Virus record (IMG/VR): IMGVR_UViG_3300036828_000767
Span: 1 to 53,515 of that record
Origin: a virus
Taxonomy: Duplodnaviria; Heunggongvirae; Uroviricota; Caudoviricetes
DNA: 53,515 bases
Reading direction: 5' to 3' (one strand)
Shown: piece by piece, positions 1-10,700 of the stretch
Layout: every line of letters starts with the position of its first letter
Numbering within the stretch: position 1 is the first letter of the stretch
Made by a program: the position numbers and the translations under genes
Notes under the pieces: generated by a model
Database searches by the model: none
Told to the model about the DNA's origin: nothing
The model's input: only the letters and a program-made list of their open reading frames with translations

Positions 1-265
1 CCTGAAAAGTGGGATTGGAAGTGGTGCCGTTTCCGCCGAGGAACGTTCCCGTGGCGCCGGGTGCCAGCGAAGCCGCGGTCCGCAAAGCAGCAACAGCCGT
101 CACGTTGCTGGCGTTGTTAGCCGGGTCGGCGTGGGTGCCGCCACCAGCGAACTGTGTCAGCAACGCCACAATCAGCCCGAGCATGTCCGCCACGCTGTTC
201 ATGTCACCAGGCGGGTCGGCGGTGCCTACTGACCTGGTGTCCGGCGGAATCGAGTACGTCGGAAT
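1..265 (-). CDS. Hypothetical tail-module protein, N-terminal part (runs off left edge; possible ATT start)
   Basis: Open frame IPTYSIPPDTRSVGTADPPGDMNSVADMLGLIVALLTQFAGGG...; AGGAGGG (273-279) lies 7 nt before ATT; not in the ORF track. Confidence 0.55.
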   Translation of the reverse strand, partial: MPTYSIPPDTRSVGTADPPGDMNSVADMLGLIVALLTQFAGGGTHADPANNASNVTAVAALRTAASLAPGATGTFLGGNGTTSNPTFQ

Positions 266-295
266 AGCTCAGCCCTCCTGTGGTAGACTGTAATC

Positions 296-820
296 ATGGC
301 CGAAAGCTGGCTGCCCATTCTTGGACACGAAGGACGCTACGAAGTTAGCGATCAGGGTCGGGTACAAAGCCTGCGGCACAAGTGGGGACCGAGACAGCAA
401 CCGTATTTGCTGAAGCCTCGCCTTGGCGACGACGGCAAGTACCGTGTGAACCTTTCTAGTGGCACATCGCCCCGGACCCGTGAAACGCGGCTGGTACATC
501 ACCTCGTGCTGGAAACGTTCATTGGCCCGCGTCCTGACGGGCAAGAAGCCAGACACGGCCCCGGCGGGGGGCAGGATAACCGTCTGGTGAACCTGCGCTG
601 GGGCACGAGAGAAGAAAACCAGATGGACAGGTTGCGTGACGGAACTAGCAACCGAGGCGAACGGCACGGCATGTCCAAACTTACCGTTACGGACGTACGA
701 GCTATCCGTTACCGCCATGTTGGAGGTGAATCGCAACGAGCACTTGCTCGCCGGTTCAACGTGGCACCCGAGACTGTGCGCTCCATAATCAGAGGACGTA
801 CGTGGGCACACATCCCTTGA
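296..820 (+). CDS. NUMOD4-HNH homing endonuclease, antisense to late operon
   Basis: NUMOD4 motif WLPILGHEGRYEVSDQGRVQS; HNH_3-type VHHLVLETFIGPRP...ARHGPGGGQDNRLVNLRWGTREEN; C-terminal HTH. Confidence 0.9.
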   Translation: MAESWLPILGHEGRYEVSDQGRVQSLRHKWGPRQQPYLLKPRLGDDGKYRVNLSSGTSPRTRETRLVHHLVLETFIGPRPDGQEARHGPGGGQDNRLVNLRWGTREENQMDRLRDGTSNRGERHGMSKLTVTDVRAIRYRHVGGESQRALARRFNVAPETVRSIIRGRTWAHIP

Positions 821-847
821 TCGTTGGTAAGTCGGCACTTGGCCTCC

Positions 848-3800
848 CTATCCGGTGACTTGAACTGTGAACGGGAAATGCCCAGCAGCCTGCAAAGTGC
901 CGGAAACGACACCGTCGCTGCTAAGCGTAAGCCCCGGCGGGAGGGTGCCTGAGATAACCACCCACGTGTAAACACCGCCGCCGCCGACCGCTGTGAACTG
1001 CGCACTGTACGACTGCCCGAGCGTTCCAGGCGGCAGCGAGGTGGTGACAATTTCCAGCGCGCCTGACACCACCGAGATGGACAAAGCGGCGCTGGCCTGC
1101 ACGCTGAGATGGTCGGTGACAGTGGCCGTGAAGGTGAACACGCCTGCGAGCAGCGGCGTCCCGGAGATGTGCCCGTCGCTGCCGAGCGACAACCCCGGCG
1201 GCACCGCACCGGCGGTGACCGCCCACGTGTACGGCGACGCGCCGCCGGTCACGCCGAGGAACTGTGAGTAGCCCGCACCGACAGCGCCGTTCAGCAGGGT
1301 GACCGTGGTGATAGTGAGCCCGGCGGCGATGTTGATTGAGAACGTGCTGGTGGCGGTTTGCGCAGCGGAGTCGGTGACAGTGACGGTGAAACTGAACGGC
1401 CCCGGCACGGTGGGGGTGCCGGTGATCTGCCCGCCGGCGGACAACGACAAGCCGTCTGGGAGCGCGCCGCCGGTGACCGCCCATGCGTACGGGGTCGCAC
1501 CGCCGGACGCCGAAATGGTCGCGGTGGGGTATGCAGCGCCGAGGGTGCCGTCCGGCAGCGACGACGTCGTGATGTTCACCGGCGTCGCTGCTGTCGCGGC
1601 GTAGGTCGCAACGGCGGCGGCCCACGCGACCATCGTCCCGCCGGAACCGGGGACGATGGTGCCGGTTACCGAAGTAGGCCCGGCGGCGATGTTCGTCTGG
1701 TAGTAGGTGGCGAAGTTCAGCGTCGAGTTGTTCACCGAGCCGTCAATGTTCCACCCAGCAGGTGTTGTCCACGACTGCCCGCTGCCGGAAACCGACCAGT
1801 TCGCCGCGTAGTCCACCATGGCAAGGCCGCCGGTGAAGTTGTTCGCCGCCGAAGCGGCAACAGGAAGCGTCGTCACGGACGCTTGCGCGCCTGCGCCGCC
1901 GGTCTGGTCGAGGAACTGCACGGTCCCGGTCGGTGTGGAGTACTCGAACAGTTTGCCTTTGAAGATGAACCCGGCGGTGCTGTTGAAAACCACCGGGTTC
2001 GCGGGCACAACAGTCCCGGAAATGAGCAGCGGCGCCTGCGTCCGCGACGGCAACGCGGACTGCCGGCCGCTGCTGGTGTATCCGGTGCCGGAGCTGCCGA
2101 ACTTCACCGGCGACCTGTCACCAATGTTCGGCCTGATGAAGTTTTGCGCGATACCCGGCCCGGCGATGCCACCTGGGTTGTTGAAGTAATGCCAAATCTG
2201 CACCCGTGCCGTGCCGGAACCCGCTTGTGCGGGGAAGTCAACGGCGAGCTGCCAGTTCGGGTCAGCGGGTGTCACCACGGCGGACCCGTCGGTGAGTTCG
2301 AGCCGCGCCGACAGCATCGTCCCCCGTGTGGATGCGGCGCCGCCGGTCTGGTTGAACCAGACAAGCAACTGCCCAGCGGCACCGGTGGTGTTGGCGGACT
2401 GCTGAACTTCGGTGAACGGCGCTGACACCCCAGGCGGGGCACCCCCGGAGGCGGGGAAACCTTGCGTGACCACGTTCGAACCGGAAACGTAGATTCGTGC
2501 CGCGCCCGCGGCGGGTTCCACCGGGCCGACGGTGATGAACTCCGGGTTGCAGTTACACCTGGCGAATGACCCGTCGCCGCCGGTGATGTCAGTCCACGTG
2601 ACACCGTCGTCGCCGGTGGACCACAGACCCGATCCGAGGCCGTCGTCTTGCGCCGCAAGAATAATGTTCCCCAGGCCGTCGGTTCCCAAAGGTCCCGCGC
2701 TGGTCACCTGCGGCGGGTTCGCCACATGCCCCTGCCCGGTGACACCACCACCGGCGACGGTGCCGGTGTTCGCACCGGCCAACTGGTACAGGTTCCCCGC
2801 GGCGGACACCCATAGCCTTCCCGGCCGGGTGACGTCGTAGGCCACGGTGCCTGACAGGTGGTCGTTGGTGGTTTTGTTCCACATCAGCACCCACGTCTGC
2901 CCGTAGTCGTTGCTGCGGTAAATGCCGTTTTTCCGGTCGAAAACGAAACATAGCCCGTTGCCGTAGTAGGTGACCGGGACCTGGTTCCCTGCACTGCCTG
3001 AGGCGGCGATGGTCGCGTTCACCGGCGCGGTTCCCCACGTGGTCCCGTTCCACCGCCACAAACCGCTGCCCCACACCGCGGCGAGGAGAATCTTGTTGCC
3101 GCTGGGATGTTCAGTGAACGCCGCCGCGCCGATAGCGACCTTCCCGCCGGTGTGGACACCCAGGGCCATGGAGGTGAAGGCGTTCGGTGAGTTCCACGGG
3201 CGGGACCACATTTGCCCGCCGGAGTTGGTGTACTTCGCCCCTTGGGAGGAGTACACGGTGTTGCCGTCTTCGCTGAACGCCAGCGCCTGCCCTTCGGTGG
3301 AGCTGACCGGCGGGTTGTTGGTCAGCGTGGAAGCGTTCTCGGCGCCTGGGTTGGTGTCGTCGAACATGCACCAGTCGGAGTCGCCCCACACCACATGCCC
3401 AGCGTGGACCGGGTTCGCTGCGACCGGGTGGGCGAGGAACTGCGGCATCCCCGAGTTCGCCACCGTCCATGAGGTGGCGTTCCCGATGCTGCGGTAACCG
3501 CCGCCGGAACCGGCGCAGTAGAAGTTCGGCGCCGACGGGACTGTGGCGTCCACGGTGACCATGGGGCAGATGTAACCGCCGCCGCCGAGGTACTCATGCA
3601 ACCCGGCAGCGGGAAGCCACCACGTGTACGAACCGGTGGGCGTGGGGACGTTGGTGTGCTGCATCGTCCCGGTGAGGCTGGCGTAGGTGATCGAACCGGT
3701 GCCGGCGCCGGGGGCACCGGTCAGGGACATCAGCGTCGAAGCGACCGTGGTCGGGTTGGAGTCGCCGATGATCACCACGTGGTTGCCGCCGGGGGCGATG

Positions 3801-5884
3801 TACCCGTTGACGGTGGACCACCAGTTCTGCCCTGTCGTCCCGGTGGGCACCGATGAACCGTTCAGCACGGTGAAAACGGGGGTGGTGGACAGCGGGCCGT
3901 ACCTGTAGATTCCTTGGTTCGCCGCGGCGATATACAGGTAGTCGCCGATGCCGATGATGTCCTGCACGATCGCGGGACCGCCAGCGACCTGGGTGAAGTT
4001 CGGTGCGCCGGCGGCGTGCGCGTTGGCGCATTTCCACAGTCCCGCACCGGCGCCGGTGGAGTCGAAAAACCCGGCCCACAACGTGGTCGAGCTGGCCGGG
4101 TCGGGGACGACACAGTTGCAGAACCAGTTGTTGCCCGGTGCGACGGTAGCCATGGTGCACGCGATGGGGAAGTTGTCAGCGCCGGGCTGCCCGCCGCCGC
4201 TGGACAGCGCGGTGACAAGGTTCTGGAGGAGTGCCACCCGGTAGTCGGTGGTCTGGTTGTTTTTGAACGCCCATACGGCGGCGAACTTCCCGGACGTGAT
4301 ACTGCCACCGGCGGAACCTTCGATGGTGCTGAGGAAAACGACACCGTTCAGCGTGTTGGAGGTGACGCTGGCGTAGGAGAACGCTGCCACACCGGATGCG
4401 GTTTGGATGAAAATGTTTTCGCCGGCGCTGTTGAGCGCCGCCGCGCTGGCCACTGTGAGCGACCCGGGGCTGCCCACAGTCCAGCCGGTGTAGGTGGCGC
4501 TGGTGATGGTGGACCCGGTGGTTGTGGTGGTAGGCCCGCTCAGCGTGTTTATGTTGGGGTCGTTTTTGTTGCCGTTGTACCAGATGACATCAGAGTTGAC
4601 CTTGCCGGCGTTGAGCCGGTTCGTCATGGTGGTCTGGATGTACTGGATGTATGTGAGGAACTGGGCGCTGGTCACAGTGGCCGGGATGATCGCCGAGCCG
4701 ATTTCACCGAACCCGAATGGCAGGTTGTGGCTGTCGGCGAAGTTCCGCAACAGCCCGGTGGGGTCTTGGGTGCCTGTGCCCTGGCCGGGGGTGCCTGCGT
4801 TGTACTGGTTGGTGAAAATGCTGGCGTAGTAGTCGATGACGACTTCGTCGATGTTCGCGACGATGCCGTTCGCCCACGTCACCCACTGGGTGGGGGCGTG
4901 CCCGGCGGCGTCGTAAATAACTTTCGCGCCAAGCGCACGGATGGCTGGGGCGTACCAGTTGTGCGTGTTGTTGTAGGTGGTCTGGGTGAAACCCCAGGAG
5001 GCGTTCTGCGGTTCCTGGTAGATGACAACTTTCACCGGCACGCCGGGGTTCACGGCACCCTGCCAGAATGACACGCTGGCTTGCATCGAGGCCAGGTCGG
5101 CGTTCATCGCTGCCGCGTTCGCACCGGTGCCGGTGGTCCAGATGGTCGGCTGGTAGCACAGCCAGAATTCCACCCCAGCGGTCACCATCGACGACACGGT
5201 GGCGTTGGAACCATCAACCAGGGTGGTGGGGAAGCTGCCGAACTGGTAGTAAATCTTCTGCGCGCCGGGGGTTGCGGCGGACATCGTCTCCCCGGCGGCG
5301 GTGTCGAAGTTCTGCGCGGCAAGCAGGCGGGTCGTGCCGGTGGTGTACTGGCCGATGTTCGTGGAGGAACCGACCCGCCCGGAGGTGCCGCTGCCGCTGG
5401 CGTTAGCGGAACGGAGAATCCCCTGGTTGTACGTCCCGGCGAACAGGAACTGGGAATCGTGGTACAGCAGCCGTCCGGTGGTCCGCTGCCACCCGCTGTT
5501 CGTCTGGATGGCGTTGGTGACCTGGTTGCCTGAAAACTGCGGCTTCGTTGCCCGCATCGCCCAGCGGATGTTCCCGTCGGTGCCGATGGTCCCGGCGAGG
5601 ATGCCGCCGCTGCCAGCGTTCCCGTGTTCGCCGGTTGCCGCGTACACCACCTGCGGCGACGTTTCCGTGGTGGAGAAAATCAGCGAAGCGCATTGCCGCC
5701 AGTAGCTCGTCACGCCGATGCCGGTGTTCTGCACCGTCCACTTGTTTCCCAGCGTGCCGGTCGCGGTGGTGGTCATGTAGTAGCCCTGCGTGTCCGCGCC
5801 GCCGATGAGCATGGTCCCGTCCGGCGACAGGGCGTGCACGTTGCAGCAGCCACCGCCGTCCAGTCTGACCGGTGCGAAACTCAT
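848..5884 (-). CDS. Large modular tail spike/receptor-binding protein: BNR/Asp-box beta-propeller, clan GH-A (GH26-like) domain, three putative Ig (He_PIG) repeats
   Basis: Asp boxes YRSNDYGQTW and WSTGDDGVTW; GH-A-like IYQEPQN and PFGFGEIG; three ITTxxLPxGxxGxxY...GxLPxGLxL...G.ISGTP repeats; lies after Dit. Confidence 0.75.
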   Translation of the reverse strand: MSFAPVRLDGGGCCNVHALSPDGTMLIGGADTQGYYMTTTATGTLGNKWTVQNTGIGVTSYWRQCASLIFSTTETSPQVVYAATGEHGNAGSGGILAGTIGTDGNIRWAMRATKPQFSGNQVTNAIQTNSGWQRTTGRLLYHDSQFLFAGTYNQGILRSANASGSGTSGRVGSSTNIGQYTTGTTRLLAAQNFDTAAGETMSAATPGAQKIYYQFGSFPTTLVDGSNATVSSMVTAGVEFWLCYQPTIWTTGTGANAAAMNADLASMQASVSFWQGAVNPGVPVKVVIYQEPQNASWGFTQTTYNNTHNWYAPAIRALGAKVIYDAAGHAPTQWVTWANGIVANIDEVVIDYYASIFTNQYNAGTPGQGTGTQDPTGLLRNFADSHNLPFGFGEIGSAIIPATVTSAQFLTYIQYIQTTMTNRLNAGKVNSDVIWYNGNKNDPNINTLSGPTTTTTGSTITSATYTGWTVGSPGSLTVASAAALNSAGENIFIQTASGVAAFSYASVTSNTLNGVVFLSTIEGSAGGSITSGKFAAVWAFKNNQTTDYRVALLQNLVTALSSGGGQPGADNFPIACTMATVAPGNNWFCNCVVPDPASSTTLWAGFFDSTGAGAGLWKCANAHAAGAPNFTQVAGGPAIVQDIIGIGDYLYIAAANQGIYRYGPLSTTPVFTVLNGSSVPTGTTGQNWWSTVNGYIAPGGNHVVIIGDSNPTTVASTLMSLTGAPGAGTGSITYASLTGTMQHTNVPTPTGSYTWWLPAAGLHEYLGGGGYICPMVTVDATVPSAPNFYCAGSGGGYRSIGNATSWTVANSGMPQFLAHPVAANPVHAGHVVWGDSDWCMFDDTNPGAENASTLTNNPPVSSTEGQALAFSEDGNTVYSSQGAKYTNSGGQMWSRPWNSPNAFTSMALGVHTGGKVAIGAAAFTEHPSGNKILLAAVWGSGLWRWNGTTWGTAPVNATIAASGSAGNQVPVTYYGNGLCFVFDRKNGIYRSNDYGQTWVLMWNKTTNDHLSGTVAYDVTRPGRLWVSAAGNLYQLAGANTGTVAGGGVTGQGHVANPPQVTSAGPLGTDGLGNIILAAQDDGLGSGLWSTGDDGVTWTDITGGDGSFARCNCNPEFITVGPVEPAAGAARIYVSGSNVVTQGFPASGGAPPGVSAPFTEVQQSANTTGAAGQLLVWFNQTGGAASTRGTMLSARLELTDGSAVVTPADPNWQLAVDFPAQAGSGTARVQIWHYFNNPGGIAGPGIAQNFIRPNIGDRSPVKFGSSGTGYTSSGRQSALPSRTQAPLLISGTVVPANPVVFNSTAGFIFKGKLFEYSTPTGTVQFLDQTGGAGAQASVTTLPVAASAANNFTGGLAMVDYAANWSVSGSGQSWTTPAGWNIDGSVNNSTLNFATYYQTNIAAGPTSVTGTIVPGSGGTMVAWAAAVATYAATAATPVNITTSSLPDGTLGAAYPTATISASGGATPYAWAVTGGALPDGLSLSAGGQITGTPTVPGPFSFTVTVTDSAAQTATSTFSINIAAGLTITTVTLLNGAVGAGYSQFLGVTGGASPYTWAVTAGAVPPGLSLGSDGHISGTPLLAGVFTFTATVTDHLSVQASAALSISVVSGALEIVTTSLPPGTLGQSYSAQFTAVGGGGVYTWVVISGTLPPGLTLSSDGVVSGTLQAAGHFPFTVQVTG

Positions 5885-5887
5885 CGC

Positions 5888-6856
5888 CTACCCCAGCCTC
5901 GACACGCGCAGCCACGCCCCTGCTTCAATGGCGGTGCCGTTGGCGCTGTCACTGTTCTGCGCCCATTGCAGCACCGCGAACGCCGGGGCGGCGCCGGTGA
6001 TGATCGTTCCCGTGATGCCGATGCCTTGCAGGGTGCCGCCGCCGGCGGTAAGCCCGGTCGGCGTGTCCGTCACTGCGAACCCTGTGTTCAGGATAACCGC
6101 GCCACCTGCGGAGACGTGCGGCGCGGTGTAAAACATGGTGGTGCCGCCGGAGACCCGCCACGCCCAGGTGAAGTCACCTTCGGTTGGGCCGGGGCCGCCG
6201 GAACCTCCGGTGTACAGAAGGTTCCCCCACAGTGCGTACTTCGAGTTTGCCTGCAAGTTCAGCAACTGCAAATCGGGGTCGTCGATGAACGACGTGGCGT
6301 GCGTCCGCTGCGTGCGCGCCGTTTTGAACACGCTCACCGGGCCGATGCGCTGCCGGTAGTCGTTGATCATCGCGTTGGTGATCGACCCGGACCCGGACGG
6401 GATGTCGATGGTGGCCAGAGTGATACACGAGGGGTCCTCCGCCCGGAGGCCGCCGCCGATGTCGAGCAGCGGGACCAGGTTCCCCGTATAGCCCGGGTAG
6501 GAGCCGTTCAGCTTGTCTTGGACTTGGAGTTCGAGCCGGTGGTGGAACGTCCCGGAACCGGGCACCGTCCACCCGGTGACGTTAACCGTGCCGTCATTCC
6601 AGCACTGATAGGTGCCCTGGTTGGTGACGTCGTCGCCGACCACGTAGCCGAACCCTGACGCCACGTCCACGGACAGGTTCCCCGCGCCGTGCTGGGTGAC
6701 GGTCAAGTTGTTCGCGGTGAGGACGCCTTGTTCGCCGCCGACGCCGCTGGCCATGGAGAGCTGCGACCGCACGTACTGGCGGAATTCCTGCCCCGTGTAG
6801 GTGATCGCGGGGTCAGTGATCGCCGGCTGCATGAACGGAGGCGTATGAATAGTCAC
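5888..6856 (-). CDS. Minor tail protein
   Basis: 322 aa directly after Dit; GVLTANNLTVTQHGAGNLSVDVASG segment typical of actinophage minor tail/baseplate proteins. Confidence 0.7.
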   Translation of the reverse strand: MTIHTPPFMQPAITDPAITYTGQEFRQYVRSQLSMASGVGGEQGVLTANNLTVTQHGAGNLSVDVASGFGYVVGDDVTNQGTYQCWNDGTVNVTGWTVPGSGTFHHRLELQVQDKLNGSYPGYTGNLVPLLDIGGGLRAEDPSCITLATIDIPSGSGSITNAMINDYRQRIGPVSVFKTARTQRTHATSFIDDPDLQLLNLQANSKYALWGNLLYTGGSGGPGPTEGDFTWAWRVSGGTTMFYTAPHVSAGGAVILNTGFAVTDTPTGLTAGGGTLQGIGITGTIITGAAPAFAVLQWAQNSDSANGTAIEAGAWLRVSRLG

Positions 6857-6865
6857 GGTGGGCTC

Positions 6866-7750
6866 CTATGCGGGCCAGGCGGCGCGGAAGGTGAGCTGAG
6901 CCTGCGAACCAGAATCAGCGGAAACCGGGTGGTAGCGGATGACGTTCAAGCCGGGTTGTATCTGCCACCATGTCGAGGAGGGAAAGTCGATGAACTGGGT
7001 GACCGGCACGGAAGTGTCACTGTTCAAATATGCCGTCTGTGTCTGCGAGTCCACCAGCACATAGTCGCCGAGGTTCAGCATCAGGTCGGTGGTGAAGTTC
7101 AGGCTGGTGCCTGTCGTGTCATTGGACAGTTGCGGGGCAACGCATGGTCCGTATAGCAGTGCTTGCCAGTCAGAAGTGGTGGAACCGGCGGAAGTCACCA
7201 TAGACGGCGCAGGTTCGCTGGACGCCGGGAACACGTACCCGGCGGGGGTGATAACAGCCCCGGTGGTGGGGTCGAATTCGAAGCCGGTGGTTGACAGGAT
7301 GATTGTCGGCAAGTTCGCGACGGTGAGTCCCACCGACTCCCACACCGCGTCCGGCGCCTGCCAGGAAACCTGCACAGGCCAGTTCGTCGGGTCACTGAAA
7401 GGCTTGGTGACGGAGTCGTACCGGAGGGTTATCTGCCGGTCGGTTGCGTACTGGTCGTTGCTGACAATCAGTACTGGCCGCAGCCCCGGGTCCAGCAGCG
7501 GGCCGAGGGAATCCATGAACAGCTCGGGGGTTTGCGTCAGGCCCGGGAACAGGATCATCGACAAGGACACCGCCGACGCGGACAGATACCGGGTCACGTC
7601 GTAGGAACCGCGAGCTGCGACGCGATCTTCGGTGACCGCCCTGGCGGGTGTGGCGACGTCGAGCACCTGCGCCGACACCCCGTCAGCGGGCATGAGCACC
7701 ACGGCGTATCCCGAACTGGGATCGGTGAGGGTGATCGCGGTGACGGTCAT
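6866..7750 (-). CDS. Distal tail protein (Dit)
   Basis: Follows the TMP with a 4-nt overlap; Dit-like C-terminus (GDYVLVDSQTQTAYLN...WWQIQPGLNVIRY...LTFRAAW). Confidence 0.8.
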   Translation of the reverse strand: MTVTAITLTDPSSGYAVVLMPADGVSAQVLDVATPARAVTEDRVAARGSYDVTRYLSASAVSLSMILFPGLTQTPELFMDSLGPLLDPGLRPVLIVSNDQYATDRQITLRYDSVTKPFSDPTNWPVQVSWQAPDAVWESVGLTVANLPTIILSTTGFEFDPTTGAVITPAGYVFPASSEPAPSMVTSAGSTTSDWQALLYGPCVAPQLSNDTTGTSLNFTTDLMLNLGDYVLVDSQTQTAYLNSDTSVPVTQFIDFPSSTWWQIQPGLNVIRYHPVSADSGSQAQLTFRAAWPA

Positions 7751-10700
7751 CCGCCCATCCCCGCAGACGTCACCGCGAAGGATAGCCGCTGGCTGACCAT
7801 TGCCATGTCGGTTTCGTCCTTTACGTTCATGGTGTCGATGTGAACCAGCGGGCCACCCCGCCCGGCCTGGCTGGTACCAGGTGTCACGGTTTCCGGGCCA
7901 CGCTCACCGAACATGTACCTGCGGCCCGACCGTCCGACGCCATAGACGGGCTCGTTGATGATGCCGCCCATCGCGAAATGCTTCCCGCCGCCAGGCTTCA
8001 GCCACCTCGCTGCTTCCTTACCAAGGTCGTCACCCAGGCGCCGGAACATGGCCCTCAGCTTCGGCTCCGCCGCCAGGACACTCTGCGCCGCCCCCTGACC
8101 CGTCTGATACCCGGCGCCGTAAGCGTACGACGCCGTGCCGCGGCTGATATTCCGCTCCTGCCGGCTGATCGCACGTTCCGTGCCAGCAAGCTGACCGATA
8201 AGAGCAGACCCGCCGGACAGAATCTCCTGCCCGTACAAAATGCCCTGATCCGGGCCAAGCGCAACAATCTGCTGCAACAGCGAATTAGGTAGCTTCTTCC
8301 CGGCCAGCCGCCGCAGGACACTGTTGAACTTCCGCAACGTGGCCAGTTTCTGGCCCAGTTGCCTGCCCAGTTCCTGCCCCGCATTGATCGACTTCCCACC
8401 GACGAAAGCGCCGCCGAGACCAAGCCCCGACAAGCCCGCGAAACCGGACAGGCCCGACCGGGTGCTCTGCTGAAGCGACCGGGCCGCTGAAGCGTTCGCC
8501 GTGGTCGCATGCACGTCCCTGCGGATGCTCGCCATGTCGCTGGCCTGCTCCTCGACAAGCCGGTCCAGCTTCCGCTGCTCGCTGCCGTGGAACCGGTCAT
8601 TGATGGCTTCCAGGAACCGGTGAATGTCCGCCCACAGGTGCCCCCCGGCAACAGTCAGCCCCGACAAGTCACCGACCCCCTTGGCGTGCCCGGGAATCCT
8701 GTGGGTCGGGATGACTTGTTCACCGCCGCGCATCTTGACCAGCTCCGGCCCCTTCTCACCCACCCACGCCCACCCCGGTGCCGCACCGGAGGTGCCGTTC
8801 GCGTAGAACTGCCGGTACGCGCCGTCGGTAAATGTGACCCAGGGCGAAAAGCCGCCTGCGTCCCGCCATTTCTTCACAGCGTTTTCCGCGTTGACGAACG
8901 GGTTGAAAATATTTCCCGGCACCACCTGGCCCAGAATCTGCCACAACCCCGATGCGCCCGACGGGTTCCGGGCATCGGCCCGGCCGCTCGATTCGGCGAG
9001 CGCGATAGCCGCGGCGATATGCGCGGTCCCGCCGCCGGGGCCGCCGGCGCTCTCCCACAGGCGCTCTAGGCCGGGCAGGCCGTTGATGGGACCGTTGCCG
9101 CCCTGGCCGGCGCCGCCGAAACCACCGCGCGGAACGCCGGTGAACATGAGCGGCATCGACCGCAAGGGCACGAGCTGCGGCCCCATTCCGCCGCCCTGGG
9201 AGATGACTTTCCCGCCGAACCCGACGATGGCCACGTGACCGGGTGGTGGCCCGCCGGCGGGGGAGTTGTAGAACGCCAGGCCGCCGGGGACGGGCGGGGA
9301 ATGCTTCACCCACGCGCCCTGCGCTTCGGAGGTGCGGGGCGCGGAGATGCCATGCTGGCGGTAAATGGTCTGCACGAACCCGGAGCAGTCCGCGCCGCCG
9401 GGGACCGCGGTGCCACCCCACACGTACGGGATTTTCCCCAGCCAGCGCATCGCGTCCGCGACGATCCCCGTGCCGCCGCTGGCCGCCGCTTCGGCAGCTT
9501 TCAGCGCCTGGGAGATGCCCTTTGACATCGTGGTGACCATCATGGACTGGAACTTGTGGTCGAACGCCACCGGCGCGTCACCGGTGAGCACGCCAAGGTC
9601 ACCGGTGAACCGCGGGTTCGTCCCCACCGAACCGCCGCTGGCGAACTTCCCGGCGTTGATCCTGTTCATCATGTGGGTGCCGTACTTCGCTACCGACGAC
9701 GCCTTCACGAAGTATTCGCCACGGGAAGCGAGCACCGGCACCGTGTCACTGGTCGGCCCGCCGTGCCCGCCGACCATGCCACCCGCCGCGAACACGGTCC
9801 CGGGGTTCAGCAAAGAAGTTGACGTCCTGCCACCCTGCCCAGGCGGCGTGTACAGGCCCTTGATGGAGAACTTGCCCGTGCCTTCTTCGACGATCTGAAT
9901 GGCACGCTTCAGCGGAATCTTGTCCACCTGGGCGATCATGCCCGCGATAGCCAGGTTGCTCTTCCCCGCCGCGACCCCCCCGTCGATGATCGCCGTGTTC
10001 AGCTTGTTCTGCGCATCGTGGGCCTGCTGCGACTGCGGCCCGAACTTAGCCAGCGCCGTCCCGTACGCCGTCGCTGCCTTCGTCACACCGAAATAGGCGA
10101 AAGCTGCGTCGTTGATCGAGTTGATCAGCTTACTGGTGAGGAACTTCGATTGGGCGTCCATCGCCGATGTCAGCATCGACTCCTGAATCGTCGCCTGGTC
10201 GGTGATCTGCTGCACCTGCGCCGTAGCGTCATGGGTGTTACCCAGCCAGCCCACCAGACTCTTCAGATTGTTCGGCAACTGGTACCCGGCCTCTTGCGCG
10301 AGCGCGACCAGTTCCGCGGTGGCTGCGTGACTGCCTTTCGCGTACGGCACCAGCAGCGAGATGGAGTCCTTGACGCCCCGGTTGAACAGGTTCGAGGAAA
10401 CACCGGCGGTGCGCCACGTGTCGATCATCGCGTTGGCGTTCACCACCGACTGGGTGAACGCCTGGTTTAGCCTGATCGACGCGGGAGACAGCCCGTTGAT
10501 GGTCGCCTTCCCCGCGGACAGAAGGATGTTCAGGTGCTGCTGCGCGGCGCTGAGCCTGCCCTGCGCGGCGGCAAGCGAACCCGTTGAGGTCGCCGCACGG
10601 GTGGTGGTTGTCGTCCCCCGGGCCTGAAGGGTGTTGAGCGTGTTCTGCGCCGACGCGACCCTCGCCTGGGCGCCAGCCAGAACCCCCGCGGCGTGCGCTG

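Noticed and set aside
257-829. Group I intron
   Set aside because: The U/G junction fits, but the HNH fills nearly the whole interval and I could not find core ribozyme helices.
269-838. 189-aa minus ORF as an independent protein
   Set aside because: Antisense to the HNH; only its RBS and first four codons look meaningful (see finding).
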